In this document: positions 1 to 7,614 of the stretch, piece after piece | Layout of the letters: every line of letters begins with the position of its first letter | Numbering within the stretch: position 1 is the first letter of the stretch | NCBI GenBank assembly: GCA_948497845.1 | Contig: CAOOMX010000003.1 | Span: forward strand, 1-52,839 | Length of the DNA stretch: 52,839 nt | Origin: an uncultured Bacilli bacterium | Lineage (GTDB): Bacteria; Bacillota_I; Bacilli_A; RF39; UBA660 | Direction of reading: 5' to 3' | Notes under the pieces: generated by a model | What the model was told of the DNA's origin: nothing | The model's database searches: none | The model's input: the letters and a program-made list of their open reading frames with translations, nothing else | Position numbers and translations under genes: made by a program

Positions 1-700
1 GATAATGGAGCAACATGGACAGCAGGACAAGCATCAAATGTATATACCTATACAGGATTAAGTGAAAATACAGCTTATAATATAAAAGTCAAAGTAGAAG
101 ATACAAATGGAAGAATGTCAAATCCATATAGTTTAAGTGTGACTACAAATACATACAGAGTACCAAGTGTGACAGCTACATCAACCAAAACAAGTTCAAG
201 CATTACGATAAATGCTACAGGAACTAAGGGTGATGGAAACATAGCAAAATACATGTATAGTAAAGATGGAGGAAGTAACTGGATAACCCAAACAAGTACA
301 TCAACAACGAACTCATATACATTTAGTGGATTAACAAGTAATACAGCATATAGCATCAGAGTCAAGGTAGTAGATAACAACAATAGAGAATCAAGTGTAT
401 ACAGAGTATCAGTAACAACAAGTTATGTTAATCCAATAGCCAGTATAACATCAACAAGTCAAACATCAAACTCAATCACAGTCAATGCCAAAGGAACAGC
501 AGGAAGTAAAGCAATAGCCAAGTATATGTTTAGCAAAGATGCAGGAAGTACATGGACAACAAAGACAACAACTGCAACGACATCAAGCCATACATTTACA
601 GGATTAAGTAGTAGTACAACATATAATATTAGGGTAAAAGTAGTAGATAGTAGTAGTAAAGAGTCTGCTGTTGTAAGCAAAAGTGTAACAACAAATGCAT
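1..700 (+). repeat. Tandem coding repeats of ~273 bp (FN3-like modules)
   Basis: The ggatta-ag/ac...tataa/gcat...gt(c/a)aa(a/g)gtag block recurs near 54, 327 and 601. Confidence 0.7.
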
Positions 701-1545
701 CAGTGACTTTAACATCAAAAGTAAAATCATTATATACAAGTCAAGGAGCAAATGGAATATATTATCATACAAGTAGCCTAACAAATGGCGCAGGAGATAA
801 CTCATATAGATATGCGGGGGCTGACCCAAATAACTATGTGTGTTTTGGATCTACTGCGAGCACATGTCCTAGTAAAAACTTATATAGAATCATAGGTGTA
901 TTTGGTGATCAAGTAAAATTAGTACATGCAACATATGCAACAACAGCAGAAATCGGAACTGCATCGCACGAATATGATAACAAGTTTTATTGGAGTGGAT
1001 CATCTACTAACCAATCAAGTGTATGGAGTAGTAGTACCTTAAATAAAAATTCTTTAAATGGAACATTCTTAACTAACCTAGGAACAACATGGACAAATAA
1101 AATTGCAACTACAACCTGGTATGTTGGCGGATTGACCTATAATAATGCCTTGCAATCGAATGCAAAAACGGCATTTAACTACGAGGTAGGAGCAAATAAA
1201 AGTAGTACAACTTATAGTGCCAAAATAGGTTTACCATATATAAGCGAATTTTATTATGCTGCTAAATCAACTTATTGGACATATCCAGGAGTTGATATAA
1301 ATAAAACTGATTATAGAAAATCATTAGGAAATAATTGGATGAACGATGGCAATTCATATTGGACGATAAGTCGATTATCAGATGAAACAAACATTGTTGC
1401 AGGTGTTAAGGCAATGGGATTTATGGGCAATGGCTATGGACATGATAGTAACTTCTTTGTTCGGCCAACTTTTAATTTAGCTTCGAGTGTCAAAACTTCT
1501 GGGGGAACTGGAACACAAGCTGACCCGTATAGAATAGAAATATAG
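1..1545 (+). CDS. Surface protein, 5'-truncated by the window edge: tandem fibronectin-III-like modules plus a conserved C-terminal domain
   Basis: Frame 1 is open from base 1 (DNGATWTAGQ...) into tracked ORF 115..1545. There are three ~91-aa modules, each ending G-L-[ST]-x-[NS]-T-x-Y-x-I-[KR]-V-K-V-[EV]-D. The C-terminal domain ends FVRPTFNL...GTGTQADPYRI. Stop TAG is followed by a terminator hairpin. Confidence 0.75.
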   Translation, partial: DNGATWTAGQASNVYTYTGLSENTAYNIKVKVEDTNGRMSNPYSLSVTTNTYRVPSVTATSTKTSSSITINATGTKGDGNIAKYMYSKDGGSNWITQTSTSTTNSYTFSGLTSNTAYSIRVKVVDNNNRESSVYRVSVTTSYVNPIASITSTSQTSNSITVNAKGTAGSKAIAKYMFSKDAGSTWTTKTTTATTSSHTFTGLSSSTTYNIRVKVVDSSSKESAVVSKSVTTNASVTLTSKVKSLYTSQGANGIYYHTSSLTNGAGDNSYRYAGADPNNYVCFGSTASTCPSKNLYRIIGVFGDQVKLVHATYATTAEIGTASHEYDNKFYWSGSSTNQSSVWSSSTLNKNSLNGTFLTNLGTTWTNKIATTTWYVGGLTYNNALQSNAKTAFNYEVGANKSSTTYSAKIGLPYISEFYYAAKSTYWTYPGVDINKTDYRKSLGNNWMNDGNSYWTISRLSDETNIVAGVKAMGFMGNGYGHDSNFFVRPTFNLASSVKTSGGTGTQADPYRIEI

Positions 1546-1563
1546 TAAAAAAGAAATTTTCGT

Positions 1564-1595
1564 ATCCTCAATAATTTATTACTGAGGATTTTTTA
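1564..1595 (+). terminator. Rho-independent terminator
   Basis: ATCCTCA (1564..1570) pairs with TGAGGAT (1583..1589), followed by a T-run. Confidence 0.75.
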
Positions 1596-1687
1596 TGCTT
1601 TTGCAAATAATAGATATTAAATAAAGAGAAGTTTTATGTTTGGATAGAGCAGGAGAAATCTTTTTCTTTACCATTTTAGTTGTTCTA

Positions 1688-1696
1688 TGCTATAAT
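1688..1696 (+). promoter_or_regulatory. Extended -10 promoter element (TGCTATAAT)
   Basis: TGnTATAAT lies ~30 nt upstream of the 1727 start. The same promoter style recurs across the window. Confidence 0.45.
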
Positions 1697-1726
1697 TAAG
1701 TCAAAATAGATGAGGATGTGAAGATA

Positions 1727-3838
1727 ATGGAAGAAGAAATCTTAGAGGAAATTGAAAAAGAACATCAAGAAGAAACTATTAATGAAATTGTGGAGATAGA
1801 TGAAAATGCCAATACCACTATGTATGATATGAAAGAAGTACATGATGAGGCTAAAAAGAAAAAAACAAAGAAAGTTAAGAAACCAAGCAAATGGAGTATG
1901 TTAGAAAAGAAACATAAAATAATAATTATTGTATCAGTTGTGGTTGTTTTACTTATTTTAATTGGAGTATTGTTGTATTTCTTTGTGTTTAAAAAAAATG
2001 ATCCATCAGAACCTAAAAAGCCAGATGAACCAGTTGTAATTGTAGAAAAAGATAATTATAGATATGAAGATGGTAAGTTAATATTTGTAGATAAGACTAA
2101 AAATGATATAGGATCTTATGAATGTAAGAATAAAGATGAAAATAATTGTTTTGTAGCATATTATTCTGATGAAGATACTTTTGATGAAGAATTACATGTT
2201 TATGAAAATGGAGATAAGATAGAAGATAGAAGTGATCTTTTTAATAATCGTTATGCTTTTGTTTATGATAATGAAAAAAGTGAAGATGGTAGTATTCTTT
2301 TATATGATTTTAAAAACGAAAAAGAAGTAGGTACTTATTTGTTAGTAAAAGAAGTCATTGATAATAAAGTGATTGTTAAAAATGAAAAAGATAAGTATGG
2401 AATTATAGATTTAAGTGATGAAGATATAGAAAATGTTATAGATTTTAAATATGATTATTTAGGTTGTATGTCTAAAAAAGAAAGTATTGTAGCAAAAAGT
2501 AATTTAAATTATTATTTGCTTGATCAAAGTGGTAAAGAACTTACAAAAAGTATTCCAGGGGAAATTAAAAGCTATAATGAAAAATATTTGAGTGTTTTAG
2601 TAGATAGAGAGTATTTTATTTATGATTATAAAGGGGTAAAAGCAAGTGAACAAAAATATGATTTTGTTACCTATGTAGATGATTATGTTTTAGCTGTTGA
2701 TAATAAGAAAATATTTGCTTTTGATGATGAAATGCATCCTTTAAATAAAGACGGAATTAAGGTAAATAATACAGAATATAATGTAAAGGTTACCTTTGAT
2801 AAAGATAAAAAACAAATTAGTAAGGAAAGTGCTTTTGCAGTTAGTGTAACTAGAGATAAATTAATATTTACAATAGATGAAGAAGAGAAAAGTATTAATG
2901 TTCATGAAGGTAAATTAAGTAGTAAAGAAGAATATATTAGTTATTTTGATGGTGTTTTATATATTTATCAAGATAAAGATAAGGCTAATCTTTTGGGAAG
3001 TTATAAGTGTAAAAATGCTAATGTGGTAGATGCTTCAAGTACAGAATTTACAAATTGTTTTATTGCTAAAGAAACTGTGTTGTTAAATAGGAAAGATGCT
3101 GATACTTCTAAAGTGGGATATTTACCAATTTATAATAAACGTTATGTATTTATTCAAGATAATGATACAGCTAAAACAAAGGATAATATTTATTTGTGGG
3201 ATTTAAAGCAAAATAAACAACAAGCTAATTATAGTGCTGTAGATACAGGTTTTTATAATAATGAAACAGTGGTTAATTTTGTAGATACTGCATCAACTAT
3301 GGTTTTGGCGAAAAATACTAGTGATAGTTTAGGTGTAATACGTATTGAAAATAGTGCTTTAACAAGTGTTATATCGTTTAAAGATAATAATAAAGAAATT
3401 CGCTATTTAAAAGATAAGTTTTTAGTAAAAAGAGAAGATGGAACTTACCACTTATATAATGAAAAAGGAACAGATTTAGTTACTACACAGATACGTAATG
3501 AAATTGTGGATTTTAATGATTCGTATGTAGTAGTAAGAACGACAGAACAATATAATATTTATAGTTTTGCAGGTAAGATTGTAAGTACTGAAGAAACTTT
3601 AATATATGCTAAATTATATGATCAGTTCTTTGTTGGGGTTAGTCATGAGAAAGATGTAAATATTTATACTTATACAGGTAGTACTTTGACAAAAGATGAA
3701 GATACAAGTTTACTTGTTTCTGATAATATGGATAACGCTTTTAAAGTTACGGTTGAAGGAAGTAGTGTAACTTTGGAAATATTAGATGAAAATAAAAATG
3801 TTGTTAAGAAAGTTAATGCAACTATTGGGGATGAATAA
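1727..3838 (+). CDS. Membrane-anchored repeat protein, unknown function (WG-repeat-like ectodomain)
   Basis: Tracked ORF 1718..3838 starts at GTG. ATG 1727 lies 10 nt after GAGGA (1712..1716) and is the likelier start. It has a Lys-rich N-terminus, one TM helix (IIIIVSVVVVLLILIGVLLYFFVF), and a long repetitive beta-rich region with KYGIIDL / Y-x-I-Y motifs. Confidence 0.6.
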   Translation: MEEEILEEIEKEHQEETINEIVEIDENANTTMYDMKEVHDEAKKKKTKKVKKPSKWSMLEKKHKIIIIVSVVVVLLILIGVLLYFFVFKKNDPSEPKKPDEPVVIVEKDNYRYEDGKLIFVDKTKNDIGSYECKNKDENNCFVAYYSDEDTFDEELHVYENGDKIEDRSDLFNNRYAFVYDNEKSEDGSILLYDFKNEKEVGTYLLVKEVIDNKVIVKNEKDKYGIIDLSDEDIENVIDFKYDYLGCMSKKESIVAKSNLNYYLLDQSGKELTKSIPGEIKSYNEKYLSVLVDREYFIYDYKGVKASEQKYDFVTYVDDYVLAVDNKKIFAFDDEMHPLNKDGIKVNNTEYNVKVTFDKDKKQISKESAFAVSVTRDKLIFTIDEEEKSINVHEGKLSSKEEYISYFDGVLYIYQDKDKANLLGSYKCKNANVVDASSTEFTNCFIAKETVLLNRKDADTSKVGYLPIYNKRYVFIQDNDTAKTKDNIYLWDLKQNKQQANYSAVDTGFYNNETVVNFVDTASTMVLAKNTSDSLGVIRIENSALTSVISFKDNNKEIRYLKDKFLVKREDGTYHLYNEKGTDLVTTQIRNEIVDFNDSYVVVRTTEQYNIYSFAGKIVSTEETLIYAKLYDQFFVGVSHEKDVNIYTYTGSTLTKDEDTSLLVSDNMDNAFKVTVEGSSVTLEILDENKNVVKKVNATIGDE

Positions 3839-3843
3839 AATAT

Positions 3844-4764
3844 ATGAAGGATAAAAAGACGTTGGTTTCAATTATTGTGTTACTTGTTCTTTTCTTACCA
3901 ATGGGGATTTATGGAACTGTTTATCATTTTCAAAATAAAAGTGTATTGATAGATGATAATCCAAATCAAGAATTTATTTATAAGAATAAAGTATATTATT
4001 ACCAAGGTGGAAATCTTGTAAGTACCTATAAGTGTGAAAGTGAGTGTAGTCCAGTTGCTTCAGAAATTAAAGATAATACTTATGGGATACATTATTATAA
4101 AAGAGGGACAAATGAACCATTGCAAATTTTAAATGATGGGTATGCTGTTTTTACAGATGGTACACAAGGGGTATTATATAATTTTGTTTTAGAATCAGTT
4201 ATTTTGAATTTTGAAGCAGTTAAGACATACAATGTAGAACATACTAGTCCAATAATGATTATATCTGCAGCAGGGAAGATGGGGGTTGTTTCTTTGGAAA
4301 CGATGACTCCGGTGGTGCCAATAGATTATGATTTTATAGGAATTCCCAATAGAGCTGCTAATGGGGTATTAGATACTTCTAGATTTATTGCTAAAAATGG
4401 AATGTATTGGTATGTTTTAGAAAGTGATGGTACATATAATCATGAACCTTTTAGAGAAACGATTGTAGATTTTAATAATAATTATGTTATTGTTGAAAAT
4501 ATGGGACTTTATAAAATTTATGATTATACTATTGAGCGAAATGAGTATTTGAAAGATGCGGGATTAAAAGGGGCTTATTGTGTAGGGGATTATGTTATTG
4601 TTATTTTACCTAATAATACTTTAAGTGTATATAAGAATTTTGATGAAGCACCAATAGAAACTAAAGTATTAGAAGAATATACTGATATAGATTTTGAATT
4701 TTTGGGGAACAAGATTGATATATATTTAGATAATAATTTAAAAGAAAGTGTTGTACTAGATTAA
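3844..4764 (+). CDS. Membrane-anchored repeat protein, probable paralogue of the upstream gene
   Basis: It has an N-terminal TM helix (LVSIIVLLVLFLPMGIYGTVY) and similar ectodomain motifs (KMGVVSL, YKIYDY). Only 5 nt separate it from the upstream stop. Confidence 0.6.
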   Translation: MKDKKTLVSIIVLLVLFLPMGIYGTVYHFQNKSVLIDDNPNQEFIYKNKVYYYQGGNLVSTYKCESECSPVASEIKDNTYGIHYYKRGTNEPLQILNDGYAVFTDGTQGVLYNFVLESVILNFEAVKTYNVEHTSPIMIISAAGKMGVVSLETMTPVVPIDYDFIGIPNRAANGVLDTSRFIAKNGMYWYVLESDGTYNHEPFRETIVDFNNNYVIVENMGLYKIYDYTIERNEYLKDAGLKGAYCVGDYVIVILPNNTLSVYKNFDEAPIETKVLEEYTDIDFEFLGNKIDIYLDNNLKESVVLD

Positions 4765-4799
4765 TATTTTTGGTAAAATGAATTTGTTAAAGAAATTTG

Positions 4800-4978
4800 T
4801 TGAAGTTTGAGGAGTAAAATATGATTCTTTTTTAGAGAAGTCGTGGTTGGTGAGAACGATGAAAGAAAATATTTGAAGGTTGCAAATGAAGAGTTTATGC
4901 AGAGATTGCGTTAAAATCTAATAAAGTTAAAGAAAGGATGGTACCGTCTTAATTGACTCCTTGGTAGCATTCTTTTTT
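4800..4978 (+). promoter_or_regulatory. T-box riboswitch leader of valS
   Basis: Elements present: AGUA (4813..4816), AG-bay AGAGA (4834..4838), distal loop UGGUGAGAA (4848..4856), F-box-like GCGUUA (4908..4913), and T-box core GGAUGGUACCGUC (4936..4948). The terminator helix AUGGUACC/GGUAGCAU plus a U-run ends at 4978. Confidence 0.7.
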
Positions 4979-5001
4979 ATTTTGTATAGGAGATGGTGGA
5001 T

Positions 5002-7422
5002 ATGTTAGATAAGAAGTATAATGCAAGTGAAAAGGAAAGTAAATGGTTAAATTATTGGCAAGATGAAAAGATATATGCTTTTAAGCCTGATCAAAGAGAA
5101 GTATTTTCAATAGATACTCCTCCTCCAACTGTTAATGGGAAGATTCATATAGGTCATATTTTTTCTTACTCCCAAACAGAGATGATTGCTAGATATAAAA
5201 GATTAAGAGGGTATAATATATTTTATCCTTTTGGGTTTGATGATAATGGATTGCCTAGTGAAAGATTAGTTGAAAAAGAACAAGGAACAAAAGCACATAT
5301 TATTGGAAGAGAGAAATTTTCTAAACTTTGTTATGAGACAACAGATAAATACGAAGCCGAGTTTCAAGAACTTTTTAGTAAATTAGGAGTAAGTACTGAT
5401 TGGGATATTCATTATAAAACAGTTAGTCCTTCTACTATTAAAATCAGTCAAGCATCTTTTTTGGATTTGGTTAGTAAAAATCATTGTTATCATAAAGAAA
5501 GTCCTGCTTTATGGTGTAATGAATGTTTGACTTCTATTGCCCAAGCGGAACTTGAAACGAAAACAATAGCTACTACTTTTAATTATGTAACGTTTAAAAC
5601 GGTTGAAGATAATGAAGAGTTTGTGATTGCTACAACTAGACCTGAACTTTTGCCTGCTATTGTTTGTGTCTTTGTAAATCCAGAAGATGAAGATAAAAAA
5701 CATTTAATTGGTAAAACTGCACATATACCAGTAGTGAATGTAGATGTGCCTATTTTAGCAGATGATAAGGTTGCTATTGATAAAGGTACTGGTGTCGTTA
5801 TGTGTTGTACTTTTGGAGATCAAACAGATATTGAATGGTGGAAAAAATATAATTTGCCATTAAAACATATTTTTACAAACGATGGAAGAATAAAAGAAGA
5901 TATACCTAATTATGGTGGATTAAAGATAAAAGAAGCTCGTAAAAAGATTGTGGAAGATTTACAAGATGGTGGCTTTATTGTAAAAATTGAGGAATTAGAA
6001 CATGAAGTGCAAACCCATGAAAGATGTGGAAAAGAAGTAGAGTACGCTGTATTAATGCAATGGTTTATTGATATTATGAATCATAAAAGCGATTTTTTAA
6101 AAATAGGAGAACAGATAAAGTGGTATCCTGGCCATATGAGAAATCGCTATAATGAATGGGTTGAAAATGTTTTATGGGATTGGTGTATATCTAGACAACG
6201 TTATTTTGGGGTTCCATTTCCTGTTTGGTATTGTAAAAATTGTGGGGAAGTTATTTTAGCTAAAAATGAAGATTTGCCAGTTAATCCATTAACTGATAAA
6301 CCTAAAGTGGATGCTTGTCCTAAGTGTGGGAAAAATGAATTTGTTGGAGAAAGCGATGTAATGGATACATGGGCAACTAGTTCAGTTACTCCTTTAATTA
6401 ATATGCATTATGGAGAAGAAGAAAATTTTGAAAATTTCTTAAAGCCAATGAGTCTTAGAACAAACGCTTCTGAAATTATTAGAACATGGGATTTTTATAC
6501 TATTGTTAAAAGCTTTTATCATTTTGGTATGAAGCCTTGGAAAAATGTCATGATTTCAGGCTTTGTTATGGCTGGTAAAGGCGAAAAAATTAGTAAAAGC
6601 AAAGGAAATAGTAAGGCTGATCCAATTGATTTAATTGAAGAGTATTCTGCTGATGTTATTCGTTATTGGGCTGGATCTGGTAGATTAGGTACGGATATTG
6701 TCTTTAGCGAAGAAACATTAATGCGTGGGCGCAAATTAGTTAATAAATTGTGGAATGTAGCTAAATTTATTGAAATGCATTTAAGTGATTTTGAAGATAA
6801 AGAAATAGAAAGTTATGAATATGTAGATCGCTATATTTTAGGGGCTTATAAAGAAATGGAAGTAAATTTCATTAAATATTTAGATGAATATGAAGTAGGT
6901 CTAGCTTTAAATACTTTAGAAAAGTTCTTTTGGAATTTCTGCGATGATTATATTGAAATTGTGAAACATCGTTTATATCGTCCAGAAGAATTTGGAGATG
7001 TAGCAAGATATTCTGGGCAAAAAACAGTTTATTTATTGCTTTATAAATTATTGCAAGCTTTTAGTATTTATTTTCCTTTTATTACTGAAGAGATATATCA
7101 AGAAATTTATCATCAAGAAAAATCAATTCATTTAACAAAGATAGAACCATTAGATGTAGATTATGAAAAAGAAGTGGCTTTGGGACATGATTTGATGGAT
7201 ATCATTAGTTTAGTAAGGGGAGAAAAAACAAAGAATAATGTTTCTTTGAAAACTCCTGTTAAATGTTTAAAAATAAAAGCAAATAAAGAGTTAAAAACAG
7301 CTATTTTGGAAAGTATAAAAGATTTTAAAGCAACACTTTTTATTGAAAATTTAGAAATTATAGATTGCGATAAAGGTATGGAAATAGAGGCAGTAGAACT
7401 GGATTTAGAAAGTGAAGAGTAA
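5002..7422 (+). CDS. valS: Valine--tRNA ligase (class Ia, archaeal/actinobacterial type)
   Basis: It has a HIGH-type motif PPPTVNGKIHIGH, a KMSKS-type motif KISKSKGN, and blocks FGFDDNGLPSE and WCNECLTSIAQAELE. ATG 5002 lies 9 nt after AGGAG (4988..4992); tracked ATG 4993 abuts the SD. A Val/Ile/Leu family call by eye cannot fully exclude a paralogue. Confidence 0.8.
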   Translation: MLDKKYNASEKESKWLNYWQDEKIYAFKPDQREVFSIDTPPPTVNGKIHIGHIFSYSQTEMIARYKRLRGYNIFYPFGFDDNGLPSERLVEKEQGTKAHIIGREKFSKLCYETTDKYEAEFQELFSKLGVSTDWDIHYKTVSPSTIKISQASFLDLVSKNHCYHKESPALWCNECLTSIAQAELETKTIATTFNYVTFKTVEDNEEFVIATTRPELLPAIVCVFVNPEDEDKKHLIGKTAHIPVVNVDVPILADDKVAIDKGTGVVMCCTFGDQTDIEWWKKYNLPLKHIFTNDGRIKEDIPNYGGLKIKEARKKIVEDLQDGGFIVKIEELEHEVQTHERCGKEVEYAVLMQWFIDIMNHKSDFLKIGEQIKWYPGHMRNRYNEWVENVLWDWCISRQRYFGVPFPVWYCKNCGEVILAKNEDLPVNPLTDKPKVDACPKCGKNEFVGESDVMDTWATSSVTPLINMHYGEEENFENFLKPMSLRTNASEIIRTWDFYTIVKSFYHFGMKPWKNVMISGFVMAGKGEKISKSKGNSKADPIDLIEEYSADVIRYWAGSGRLGTDIVFSEETLMRGRKLVNKLWNVAKFIEMHLSDFEDKEIESYEYVDRYILGAYKEMEVNFIKYLDEYEVGLALNTLEKFFWNFCDDYIEIVKHRLYRPEEFGDVARYSGQKTVYLLLYKLLQAFSIYFPFITEEIYQEIYHQEKSIHLTKIEPLDVDYEKEVALGHDLMDIISLVRGEKTKNNVSLKTPVKCLKIKANKELKTAILESIKDFKATLFIENLEIIDCDKGMEIEAVELDLESEE

Positions 7423-7438
7423 TAAGCTCTTCTTTTTG
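7414..7438 (+). terminator. Rho-independent terminator of valS
   Basis: GAAGAG (7414..7419) pairs with CTCTTC (7427..7432), followed by TTTTT. Confidence 0.6.
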
Positions 7439-7553
7439 CTTGAAAAAAATAAAGAGGTTTATCTTGACATATTTTTGCTGTTATGTTAGATTAAAGCCAT
7501 CAAATTGCAGAAAATTTGAAATTAGTAAAGAAAAACCTTATAAAATAAAAACT

Positions 7554-7590
7554 TTGTCAAATTGACAAGTGTTTTAAAATTTGTTATGAT
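7554..7590 (+). promoter_or_regulatory. Sigma-A-type promoter overlapped by a 15-bp perfect palindrome (candidate operator)
   Basis: -35 TTGACA (7562..7567), a 17-bp spacer, then TGT+TATGAT (-10 at 7585..7590). The palindrome TTGTCAAATTGACAA spans 7554..7568. Confidence 0.5.
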
Positions 7591-7614
7591 TATAGGGATT
7601 GAGAGGGATTAGTT

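Noticed and set aside
75-829. Minus-strand ORFs 75..383, 459..680 and 629..829, antisense to the FN3-repeat gene.
   Set aside because: They lie wholly inside a well-supported plus-strand CDS. Their translations are low-complexity Leu/Val-rich mirror images of the Ser/Thr-rich repeats, and there is no SD or promoter.
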